From Styela clava (taxonomy: Eukaryota): a stretch of 64,000 bases of DNA. The DNA is taken from contig NC_135252.1 in NCBI RefSeq assembly GCF_964204865.1, positions 13,082,001 through 13,146,000 on the forward strand, written 5' to 3'. This document shows, one piece after another, positions 51,801 through 63,809 of this stretch. Positions within the stretch are counted from its first letter, which is position 1; the number at the start of each line of letters is the position of its first letter. The translations under genes and the position numbers were made by a program. Below the pieces are notes generated by a model. That model saw only the letters and a list, made by a program, of their open reading frames with translations, did no database searches and was not told the DNA's origin.

Positions 51801-54116
51801 TCGTATTTTCAAGGCAAAACGACAAGTGAGCCCGCTACTTTGACAAAGACAGAAAAAGAACGGGAATGTCCCAAATTTTCTTTAATCGAGTTCAACAATT
51901 GTATCCAGTCTCGAGTAGATGAATTAGTCCAAACACAGTTGATACAAAAATATCCGTCTTTAAGAAATTTTAACGAGAAGTCGAACATAGAGTTTTTTGA
52001 AGATCATATGTCCAGCTGCAGGTAAGCCTCGTTTTAAAAATTTATTTGAAAAAATTCCCATTTCTAATATGATTTACATCAATGCTACTCTACGTAATAC
52101 TGTTGGGAAATTCTCCCCTTCTTCCGAGATCTGTCGGGGCATATAACATTGTGGAAGCTGTGATATAACACGATGTTTTGTTTTCTCCTTACATTTTTTT
52201 AACTGGACGGTGTAAAATGCATTCAGTTTATTTATGCACAATGATAATAATTGATATGTTCATACTATTTTTTGTAACATATAAGTAAAACATAACTTTT
52301 CCTTCAGAATAACTAAAGAAAGGAGAGGGAAAAACGTCGTTTACATTGAAAACTGCCCCGTATCGAACTCAAGAACAAAACGGCAATCGCCATTCAAACC
52401 AAATACTTTGTTGAACAGAGGCGAAATTTATACAGTAACGGACACAGGCCCATCTTTGCCAGGAAACAAACCTTTATACATACCAACTTATCATTTCCCA
52501 TCAGAACTATGTCTGATAATAGATTATCCAGATGTTGTCAAACCAGCCTCACCTGTTCGTGTACCTATCACATTATGTGCGGAGAAATATTTGGGAACAT
52601 TTTTTAATAAAACAGACCAAGATTTAGATCTGATTCCAACAATTGACCCAAATGAGAGATCCATGTACCAGAGGCCAAGTTCTAAAGGTAAAGCTTTTAA
52701 AAAGTTACATATTATTAAATATAGAAAAATTTAGCGTGCTGAAACGCATTGAAATAATTAGTCAATTAGCAGCATATACGGGTCTCAGAATATGAATGAT
52801 TCAACTATAAGCTGTCAAGATCGCTGAGCTTGCAAATCTTTTGTCGTTAATATTAAACGACGCAACGCTGAGGGTATAGAGTTTTGATTTTGTTATGTAG
52901 AGCCAAAATATATCTGCGCTACAGCACTTTTAGTTACAATGTTTTACTTTTAGCTACATGTTCATGAAATATTACATTAGGTAACCAGTCGCTTGATTTT
53001 ATATGCTTTTCAGGAAAAATAGGATCGTGTACCAAGGATGACGCATGGACAAGGTATTACAACGTTGACAATCAAGACGAAGAAGGTGACTTTGAAACAT
53101 TAGAAGATCTTCGCAATTTATTTCCAAAACTTATTTGTGATTCCCCAAAAGCAATTGACGTACGAATCGCAAAAGGTAACAAACCTCACTTTAGATCGAA
53201 GGAGTCTCTTTATATTTCTCTCGCCGATGGTTTTAGATGTTACAATGACGAGCAAAAAGATGGCGTATGTGAGGATTACAAAGTTCGATTTTGCTGCCCA
53301 AGTGAGCATCTTTTTTTCATTTTTTTAAAGGGTAAAGGTCATTACGTTTATGTGTACGGAAAATCACAATTTTCTCATTAAGTCATCATTTTCAATAAAT
53401 TATTGTATTATTCTATCTTCAAAATTATCTACTATTCATTACAATTATATTGTAAACCACATCTTCCCGCTCCCTGTGCTCAAATCCTCAACCTCAATCC
53501 ACGAGGAGAATTGTTTAAAGAAAAAACTATCCGACCCAAGTTCATTACAACTCAGACCCGAGTTGGGTATACACAGGTTTGACCTATGTTGGATAAATAT
53601 TGAGTCAAAAGGTTTTCGGTGCCTTACTTGATCGTGTGTGAACTCTCAAAACCATACTATATGGGTCCAGGCAATTAAACTTATTTATACGAGTCACACT
53701 GGAGCTTGTCTATTCTCCAACAAAAGGAGACTCGAGTCCTACTCGAACTGGATTGCCATTGTCTGATTTTCCTTGTTATGAAGACTAAAATAACATGTTA
53801 ATAATAATAATGTTGTATTTCAGAACAACCCTTGTGCGAAGAACCCAGTTCTTGGACAGGATGGTTAAACAGGAAACGTGGTCGTTCGTTCGGGGATAGA
53901 GAAACTTTGGGATACCACAAGACCAATAACAATGTTTGCGACCACCCGCTGTCAATACGTGCGAGATTGAATGGCAGTAAGAAGCCATATTGGTTTGGAA
54001 ATAACATTATTGAGATTTCACCAATCATTGGTTTAATCTGTCGGGATGCTGATCAAAGTGATAGACGTTGCAGGGACTACTCTGTTTCCTTCTGTTGCCC
54101 TTTACTATCAATGTAG
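48832..54116 (+). CDS. Secreted furin-processed precursor P1: unrecognised duplicated Cys/helical module + 2 WxxW (Mucin2_WxxW/CysD) domains, ~602 aa, 7 exons
   Basis: Exons 48832-48895, 49390-49645, 50109-50233, 51619-52021, 52308-52687, 53014-53301, 53824-54116; total 1809 nt, frame open. Signal MRSYCILLILLLGFFLQPTVHA. Sites RRKR, RFKR, RTKR. WxxW domains: WTRYYNVDN..GDFETL..ICDSP..GFRCYNDEQKDGVCEDYKVRFCCP and WTGWLN..GDRETL..VCDHP..GLICRDADQSDRRCRDYSVSFCCP. Confidence 0.85.
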
Positions 54117-56072
54117 CACAGCATATGTTAAATTGAATTTCCCAATCATGTTGATTATAATTTTGTGCCAAAAACACGAAGGATATGCAGTTTGTGGTAC
54201 AACTCTGAAGTAAACTACTCAATGCTATGTAGTCAATGCTGTACCAGATTTTTACTGAATATATTTTTAAGTTTGATGATATCTGAAAAAACCACATTTG
54301 TATTACCTTAACTTTCTCTATCAGTGTTCAGTGTTTCAGTTTTCTGTAATATTAAATTGAACAAATTAGCAGTATTAGTAAATACATGTATTTGAAGAGT
54401 ATTAATCACAAATTAAAACTATTATTTTGTTATATCATATTCAATCGATGATTATGTGATGATGACAGGGCAAAAATGCAGGACTGAAATTCTTTGAGGT
54501 GGTAAATAGCATATCAGTTTAATCGAGCAAGCAGCATTGTCATTTTGGAATTATAGTACTTGTAAAATTAGGTAATTTAAATAGTAGACAGTAGTCATTT
54601 AAGATCCATCACCCTTCGGGAAAATATAAAAATTGGCATGAATAAAGATATTTTGGGCATAAGGAAAATGTTGTCCCCAGATCATGACGTAGCATATTTT
54701 AATAGGACAGTAGACCAAGGTTAGCCAGATGATTATCGATATTCGGCACAAATTACGTTTATAGACAATTATCTAGCTAGCTACACAACAGAGAAAAGGA
54801 GTGCAATTTTCATCATCTTATATATGCGGCAAGATGAACAAAAAAAGTTCAGTACTGGCATTCCGCAAGAGATTGCCACAACAGACTCCGACAACTATTA
54901 ATTCAGCAAAAAAAACTCTCTCATAATTCTAATAATGAGCGGTGTACCAAATTTTTTTATCGAGCTTCCACGCAAATATATCAATACCTCCAGTTATTAA
55001 AACTAGAAATACATTTGTGTTAGTGCGCTGCAAGACTTGAATCAAAGACGCAGTTTCAACAAAACTAGAAAAAAATGCAAAGATATTCTCTAGTGACCAC
55101 AAGGATAAAAACTAGGTAATGACAAGCAAACTCCAAGATTCTCTAATTACATCTACGCAACAGTAGCGATACACGAAATCATTGTATTATTGTATTACAA
55201 AATGGCCATATCGCCAAATCTAACTTCTTTGCGCTTTTCAGAGTTGCTTTTTATATATTTATTAAAAACAATAGTAACATACTTAAGCTATACATAGCAT
55301 GCAGTGCTGCATTAGAAAATAAGACAAGACAAATCTAAGAGTTCTTCGGACTTTGTCAGAATTAGCTCACACCACACATCATGCTGGTGTCGGCAAACTC
55401 TTTCAAAACCGACGGGAACTGACTTTGCAACAATTTCATACAAATTTAGTTACAAATACTTTTTTATAACTTGCCCCATTTAGAATAATCCAAACTCAAC
55501 TTAAGAACATGCTTAAACTACAATGTATCAAGCTAGCATTTTAATGAGCACAAAGGAAGATTGAAATTTTTAATCGCGTGAAAAATGTTTTTGCTTAGAT
55601 TTGGATGCGAAGTGACGTCTCAGTACGAAGTACATTCACTAGACTTCAATTCCAATTAAATAAGTTTGTGACCATCTTTAATTAATTAAGCATTTGGCAT
55701 TCATTTGAAGTTTTGAAGTGACATATAGAGAGAATTTAAAAAGTATCGGCTCGTTGTTTTTTATTTTGTTAATATTATAGGCTATGACTTCCACAGAAAG
55801 CAATTTACCTCACACGTTGCAAACAAGATTTATGCATGGTTGATTTCGGTATTTAATCGTGCACAAATATAATACTATGACTAAATACGTAAAGGCTGTG
55901 GTGAACAAAACAACAACATATTACTGCCTTAAGGAAGGCCTGAAGGTATATTAACGAAATGAAATATGTCATCGAACTTGACAGCATATACGCCAGTGCG
56001 AATTGAATTATTAACCAACTGACAACAGAAGACAACAGTCAGATTTTGAACTGAGTTGGTAAAATACAAAAA

Positions 56073-59000
56073 ATGTGGTTTCAAAAAACCTTACTGCTTG
56101 TGTGTTTCGTTTTTATGGGAGTAGAAGGTAAGTTATCATTTTTGTTTTTTATCTGAAAATGCCCGGACGACAATTTATTCGATATGATTATTATCTATCG
56201 AATATTTGCCTGCGCAAAAATAAGAATGAAGTTTGCTTTTGGTTTAATAACATTGTTCATTATTTGGTATTTGTGCCAAAAAAAATTTGTTTTTGCGCGT
56301 TTTTTATATGGAGAATTATTGAGGTAAATATGCAGAAACATTTCATAGAAATTAAAATATTATTGTGCTTCTTCTTCTATTGATTTAGAATGTTGTCTTA
56401 GCCATTGCGGATAAAAACCGACCGATTAAGAAATTTTTTTTTTGACAATTCCGACAAATTATCCAACACTGAATGCCCAATTTACGATGATACGTACTGA
56501 CGCATTCCCATCGTGCATTCGAGACGTAGTTTTTCTTGCGGACGCAATTCATCACGAATGAAAAATAGTTACACTGAGAATGACGATAATTATTGTTAAA
56601 AGATAAGAAAAGAAAAAAATTTGAATGGAGAAAATTTTTTGGTTTATCGAATCTTCTTCCTCTAGCTTTTAGTATTTTGATTAGAGGATGGCCATAAATC
56701 AACGGACATGAGAAACATGGTCAGCGTATGCACGTAAAATGGCATTCAGAACAAACGTATTTTGCAAAAATAAATAAACTCTGTCAAACAACACTTAGTA
56801 CGATAAGTTGTAACAAAGACCCATTAATCTCTCCTTTAAACACAATCCGTGCGCTTCAACAAGAATGAATATTATTGAGCATCAAAGAATAAAATCAGTG
56901 TTCAGTGAAGATGGAATTGTCAGTTGAACATGATTAAAGATGTTTACCATCGATCGGATTCAAATGCTTCATAAAATAATTAATATCGTAATCAATTAAT
57001 ATTACTTAAAATATTGTGGTAAATAATGATATCATCATTAATATTTAAAAGCATTTATTTATAGTTTTACAACCACCGCGATACGGAAATTTTCATGTAG
57101 ACTCGCCCTCAAGCCATTTCATGTAAATGCTTTCGTTACATTTTTAATTTTGACGTGAGCATTTTGAGACGAATCGGTGACTCATCTCATGTCAAAATTT
57201 AATTAAAACATATTGAGTCATTTTAATTTTCGATTTCTGTATTGAATGGAAAGTACAGGGTTTCGATGCTAAAAACATTTCCGAACGAATATATTATTGC
57301 CAGGCATGGAACGTACGTGAAATACTCTTTATCAATGAAACATACCAACTTTCATGATTATAAGTTTCCAACAGTTTCATATAAACTTTTCCACTTGCAG
57401 ACATTAACTTGTTTTTATCCATATCAAGCTATTCAAAAATAGTAACGTTTTTTCTTGGTGCATAGAAATGTGATTCGGTCCATTAATAGTTTTCTCTATT
57501 GTTCTTAGTCAATAAAAATATAAGATATTGTAGATTACAGAAAATAGGAAAACTATCCATTTCTAAACATTCATCGAAATCTCGACATTTTTACGTTTAC
57601 ATCTTCACTTAAAATCTTACATTTCATTAGAATCATAAGAATATATTAATCTAGAAGTTCAATTCTCTAAATTAACAAATTAATGTTTAAATACTGTCGC
57701 AAGATAGGTTTAAATTATTTGTGAGAACAAAAGAAATGGCACTGCTGTTATGAATAAATATTTCGTAAATTCAAAATTAAAATGTAATGTGGTATCTCAA
57801 CATTTTTCTGAAATAACATGAAAGCAATCTCTTGCGCACTCATTCGGAAATAAGAGACACTCATACTAGAAAAAATTTCGGATGGCATATGAAATACCAC
57901 GAGCTAGTGAAATATTTCAGATTGATGGTAGCAGTTTCTTATGTTGTGAACAGCGTTTATTAAATAGCTTCGTATGTACATATTTTTTAATTTTTAAAAA
58001 TGTACGCCAAATTAAATTATTAAATTTTCCCTGTGTTGTAATTTTTCAACTCCCAAATTGAGCATATGACGAATAATTCTTTATGTTGATGTTGTAACAT
58101 TTTTTATGAGCAATATTTCGAGTTTTAACTTTCCTCGTCTATGTTCCAGCGTGTCGAATGCCAAGTAAAGATTATCCACCAGACGCGTTCCCCGAACATG
58201 GCGACCAAGGCGATCAAGATGGGGATTCACAAGGCAGAAAGAAAAGGCACGTGGTAACTAACCCCCACGACGTTGACCATGTTTTGAGCGACTTTTTCAC
58301 TACATGTTTGTTTGATAAAACCGGAAGTGTTTTCTCATCGTGGAGAGCCGTTATTGATTTTGTTCTTCGTGATACAAGATGGTATTCTGCATCCGACGAA
58401 CAGTTTTGTAAACGGTGAGTTTATTTGAAAATAATAATTTGAGTCTATGAATTCATAGAATTCAATAATGATTTACCATTTTAATAGGATTAAATATAAT
58501 TTAATTTGTGTTTCCAGACAATCCAATATTAATTAAATGAAAGCAACAATAAACCACCTTATTTTACAGAAACTATGACCGCGAAATTCCTGTTGAATGC
58601 TGGCAGAATCGTTTTGAAAAGCTCGTTGCTCTAGATTCAAAGTTGCTTCCAAAAGCGAAGGAATGCATGCAAGAATATGCTTGGTCGAAAGGTAGGAGAT
58701 ATAATTTCCATATTATATTCTTATAAAAAAGCGTTGCAGCAACATACAAAGGGTAAGGTATGGATGTTCCTATTCTGTTACGATAAATAGAAAATCTTAT
58801 CTGCCATTTACATGACAATCCCGTTGGACATCGGATGGAAATTTCGAAGATTTTAGAAGTGTCAGTAAATGAAGATATAAACAATGCCCACAAAAATGAG
58901 TATATCATAAATAATTTCCCAACCCGATTTTCAATTCATGTAGTGGTTTCGAATGCATAACTTGTACAGCCTGATAAACCCCAAAGTGATTGGAAATTGA

Positions 59001-62000
59001 AGCAATGAGGATACGGTGGTATTTTTGATTGTTATTACCTTTTATTATTTTCTTTTCTAGAAACACCTATCCGTGGAAAACGTGGCGTGGCGTCACCTGG
59101 ACGTCCTCGAACCACCTTAAAAATTGATATTTGTCTTGGAATTTCCACAAAGGAATATGGATCTTGCGTGGAAGATAATCTCTTAACTAGAAAAAATATT
59201 GCAATGTATGGTTCATTGAAAGAATATAACCAGAAGTCCATTGATGACTTTGTATCCGATCACTATTCTGAGTGCAGGTATTGATTGAGCTCTTACGATA
59301 TTTGGTATAAGAAATATACCGGAATGCATAATTAACTAACACTTTACCGTTTAAGTGCTACAAGTATTTTTTCTTGAAAAGTACACGCGCAAGGTGAAAG
59401 TATTAAATTACACTGTGCGAGACTATTTTTCAACAGGCATTTCACCAAACATAACACCACAGATCTTCACAAGTATCTAAGAAATTAGACTACAATGTGT
59501 CCTGGAAGTACATCAACAGCCAATTATTAATCAATTAAACTGAATTATAAAAACATACATATGAGATTCTATTACGACATGAACTGAAAAATCATTGCTA
59601 ATTGATAGGTAAAAACGTCCTATATATATATATATATATTAGTATAATTGTGCATGAGTACAATGTAACAATGTAAAATTACAGCAAACTATTGTGACTC
59701 TCCATTGCTATTCCATTATATTTACTGGGTTGGTCAGTTTCGTTTGGTGTTTCACGGTATGGCAAAAAAGTTAAATCAAATGCTAACAATTTGTTTTAGA
59801 ATCACATCTCGGTACAACCGTTTTACTGGAAATGTCTACATGGAAAATTGTCCAATTCATTATTTGAATCCATCATTCAATACAGCACCTCGTACGCCTA
59901 CATGTTTGTCAACAACGTTCAAGGAAATTGTACGAACTTCATCGCCTCTTTTCGCTGCAACAAAAACTTGTATTCAAAAATATTCTAACGGTGAGAACTT
60001 TATTTTAATTTACATGTACACATATTGATTTTGTCTCATACGCGTCATTTTTGTTAACGTTTGCGCAATATTTGTGGGTAGTTCAGCATGTATTTGGTTT
60101 GTTTCGAGCGCCCTCAATGAACACGAGGTGTGATACAGCATTAATTTAGCCCCGGGCTCGATAAATTAATCCGTATTCTGAACGACGGAGCAAACACGTA
60201 GAGGAATATTATTGCTGTGCTAAAATTTTAAGTAAAATTTTTTTAAATTTTTATTTTGCAAGTTGTCTCATCTTTCTTAATTAAATATTACATTAATTAA
60301 ATTACATTAAATATTACATAAATTAAATAAATACAGCATTAATTTAGCCCCGGGATCGATAAATTAATCCGTATTCTGAACGACGGAGCAAACACGTAGA
60401 GGAATATTATCGCTGTGCTAAAATTTTAAGTAAAATTTTTTTAAATTTTCATTTTGCAAGTTGTCTCATCTTTCTTAATTAAATATGGATGGTGGATTAA
60501 GCATCAAATTTACGCTTTCCCTGCAGTTCATCCGTATTTATGGGCTGCATCGCTATGTATTATCACTATTTTTACTGCAGATAAATGCAAAAATGTGAAA
60601 TGCTGGCGTCCGTATGAACAATGTGACCCATCAACTGGAAGATGCATTTGTCGGCCGGGATATGAGAAAAATAACCGAGGAACTTGTGTTGGTAAGACGT
60701 CAATAGGCTGTTGCTGTTTTCTCTCCATCTCCACTTTTATTTTTTTTTAAATTCTGTATTTTTAAACAGAAGAAAACAAATGCCGGGCCAGATTCTGCAG
60801 TGGCTTACACAAAGTGTGTGATCCAGATACGGGAAACTGCGTCTGCAAGGAAAACTACGTCTTGAATGCACGCGGTGATTGCGTCAGTACGTATTTGTTA
60901 CTTTTTTATCGAAATTGTAAAAAAAATATTCTTTTTCATTGATTGGTTTTTATTCGTAATGGGTTAGACCAGGGGTCTCCAACTCAAAACATGTCGTGGG
61001 CCACTTTTTAAAATTTATTGACTACGCGGGCCGCAAACCAAGAAATCAGGTATAAAAATGGGTATCTGAATGTATTGTGTTGAAATTACACTTGAATCTC
61101 ACAGCAAACGAGACATGAAACATATTCATTCACTTGTGCTGGATATTTGATCTCGATGTTTGGCCTTATTTTGCGTTGGTGTGCTAGTCTTAAGACAGCA
61201 TGCAAATGCTCGTCCGTTAGTCGTGTGCGGAGGGCTGACTTGCTAACTTTCATAGTGCTTTCATAACTGCTCGCAAATATAAGAACTGCCAAAAATTGCA
61301 GGTATGCAAAGTGAATGTGCAATTAGCTTTGCAAACCATTCTTCGGGCACAATGGAGTGACCGAAACTCGTTTATTTCGTCACAATGAACATGCGAAATA
61401 AAATTATCGCATCTATAATAATTGCATCATAACAAAATTATAAAACATGAACGTGGACAACAGGGGGGAATTTTGCTTCACTTTTCACAGTTTGTCGGAC
61501 TCTTGATGATAAATGACGCGATAAAACCTACTAATAGTGAACGTCGTACTATCTTAGTTTTTGTGGAAAAATGCCAAACATGATGCGGACGCAAAAAAAA
61601 AATGGTTGGCGGTCCGCATGCGGCCCGCGTGTTGGAGACCCCTGGGTTAGACAATATTCTAAATTGACAGAGGCAGAAACACAATAATATTCTAATTTCT
61701 GTGAAATGTTTCCGCAGTCTGAGTCGGTATTTTTTTTAAATCTTTGCCAAATAGCATACCCCGATTTGTTGTACAATGAATAAAGTGATGCTCGACGTTT
61801 CTCTAAATACACCATAAAAAATAAATTTAGTGGTTTACGATTTTATCAATTATTTGGTGATTTTTTATTTTATTCACTCTCTTTATGTCTGATGTTCAAT
61901 TTTAGTGCTGAGTAGATGCGCATTGATATTTTGTGGAGGACAATATAAAACTTGTGACGAACGAACAGGATTATGTGTCTGTATGGAAGGTTACGTTCCA

Positions 62001-63525
62001 GATGGGAACGGTATTTGTCGTGGTGAGTCCCATCAATTCTGTCGCTTCGTTTTTCTTTATTCCCTGACTTTGTCCTTGTTGGTTCTTCTGTACTACCTTA
62101 GCTCGTTGTTTTCATACCCACTTATTTATTTCTCTTCTCTACTTGAATATTTACTGCAGAAATTATAGTTTATCTTTGTAAAAGTTTTAGTTGTTTTTAG
62201 AACAATCTTCTGATCCATGTCGGAGAAAGATTTGTGGCGTTGGTGAACAATGTGTTGTATATGAAGGATCCCCGTTTTGTGTTTGTATGGAAGGTTACGA
62301 AAGAATTGTTCCTGGAATATGCAGAAGTGAGTCGGTATTACTATAAATTTTAATGCTATTTCAGCTTTATATATAATAGTGTTTTCTATTGACGCGGTTT
62401 CATTATATCGGTGGAATTAATATGAATACTCCAATTAACATTCATGTGTCATTTGTGAATATTCTTTTTTAATACTCTAATTATAACGTAATTCTTTAAA
62501 TTGCAGTGCCAAACAATTGTCGCCAAACGAATTGTGGGCCTAATGGTAGATGTAGAATGAGACAGGGGCGGCCGGTTTGTTTTTGCAATCCTGGGTATAT
62601 CAGGAAAGGCGGCAAATGTGAACCAGAAGGTATTACTTTTTGCTTATTCTTGATAAACTAAATAAATGAAGGGGTGAGTTAAAAATGATACATAATGTAT
62701 GATAATATAGAAAATGAACCACTTACCACTCACAATTTTGTTTTCGTCCTCCCCCCTTATACCCTCAAGAAGGAGTCGTGGAATAATTGAAAATTCAGTT
62801 TAATGTAACGCATATCTATCTTTTTACACATTCAGTTTAATTTAAAACCCAGCATTTGATACGACTTATTGTTTCCACAGTAATTGATCCATGTGCAACT
62901 GTCCGTTGCGGTAGATATATGGAGTGTAAAGTCGATCAATTCGGTGCACCAGGTTGCGTTTGCATTGCTGGATATGTTCCTGACCCTGAAATGAATGGAG
63001 TAGGCTGCAAGCGTCCTGGTGAGTAGAAAGTTAAATAAAAACTACTGCGAGTTTAGCTTAATTATTGATAGGGCATACCTTTGTGCAGACTGATAATTAT
63101 AACGCGAAAGTGCTTGAGACTTGATCCAATCCGATTAGTTATCCAAAAGTATGTTGCGTTGGACAGTGTGTTTAATCACACAGTTGAACTTAGATATTTT
63201 TTTATAACAGACCCGTGTGATAATGTTGATTGCGGTCCGCACGGTAGATGTGTCAGAAACGGAAACTGTGTTTGCAATCCGGGATATAGCAAAGTAAACG
63301 GACGCTGTGTTGGTAAGTTATCCCAATTTTTTTTTTTTTTTTTATTTATTTATCACAATTTCTTGCTTGATGATAGTTTAATTCTGAAATGCATCTGAAA
63401 AAGGAAACTAAAATTTTTTTTTTTAGATCCTTGCGAAAACATTAATTGTGGGCCAAACGGTAGATGCGTAAGAGGGCGTTGTATTTGCGATAGAGGTTTT
63501 GTAGAAGTTAACAGACGATGTGTTG
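56073..63525 (+). CDS. Secreted furin-processed precursor P2: same N-terminal modules as P1 + at least 8 EGF-like repeats; 3'-partial
   Basis: Exons 56073-56127, 58150-58414, 58570-58691, 59061-59277, 59800-59990. Then phase-1 EGF exons 60581-60691, 60770-60886, 61906-62022, 62201-62326, 62507-62629, 62881-63018, 63211-63312, 63427-63525. Signal MWFQKTLLLVCFVFMGVEA; sites RKKR, RGKR. Each EGF exon has 6 Cys with C-x-C-x-x-[GN]-[YF]. The last exon ends in a donor, so the gene continues past the window. Confidence 0.85.
60133..60486 (+). repeat. Tandem duplication of ~156 bp (60133-60288, 60331-60486) with AT-rich filler
   Basis: Near-identical copies ATACAGCATTAATTTAGCCCCGGG...TTTCTTAATTAAATAT, about 3 substitutions. 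Confidence 0.95.
60970..61644 (-). mobile_element. hAT (SPIN/Buster/GTF2IRD2-like) deletion derivative in a P2 intron
   Basis: 14-bp TIRs CAGGGGTCTCCAAC / GTTGGAGACCCCTG. Perfect TSD GGTTAGAC. Minus-strand remnant FASSYESTMKVSKSALRTRLTDEHLHAVLRLA resembles hAT transposase C-termini. Confidence 0.9.
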
Positions 63526-63809
63526 GTAAGTCAATAATAAATCCTATAGTGGTTACGTATTTGATACAGATAGTTATTTGGTCGCTCTATTTATATCGCG
63601 ATAGACTTGAATTTTCAATCACCTTCAATCACATTATAAGATGACTTATATCATTTTACTTATAATTCGCAACAACTATCCTCCTAGCTAAAAGATTGTT
63701 CAGCATAGCTCTCCATTATACACAACAATTATCACTCGAGTCAGGTTTGAAGTCTGAAGGTGACCAATGGCTCACGGTGGGCTTAATATAAACGTCAATG
63801 TTTACAATT

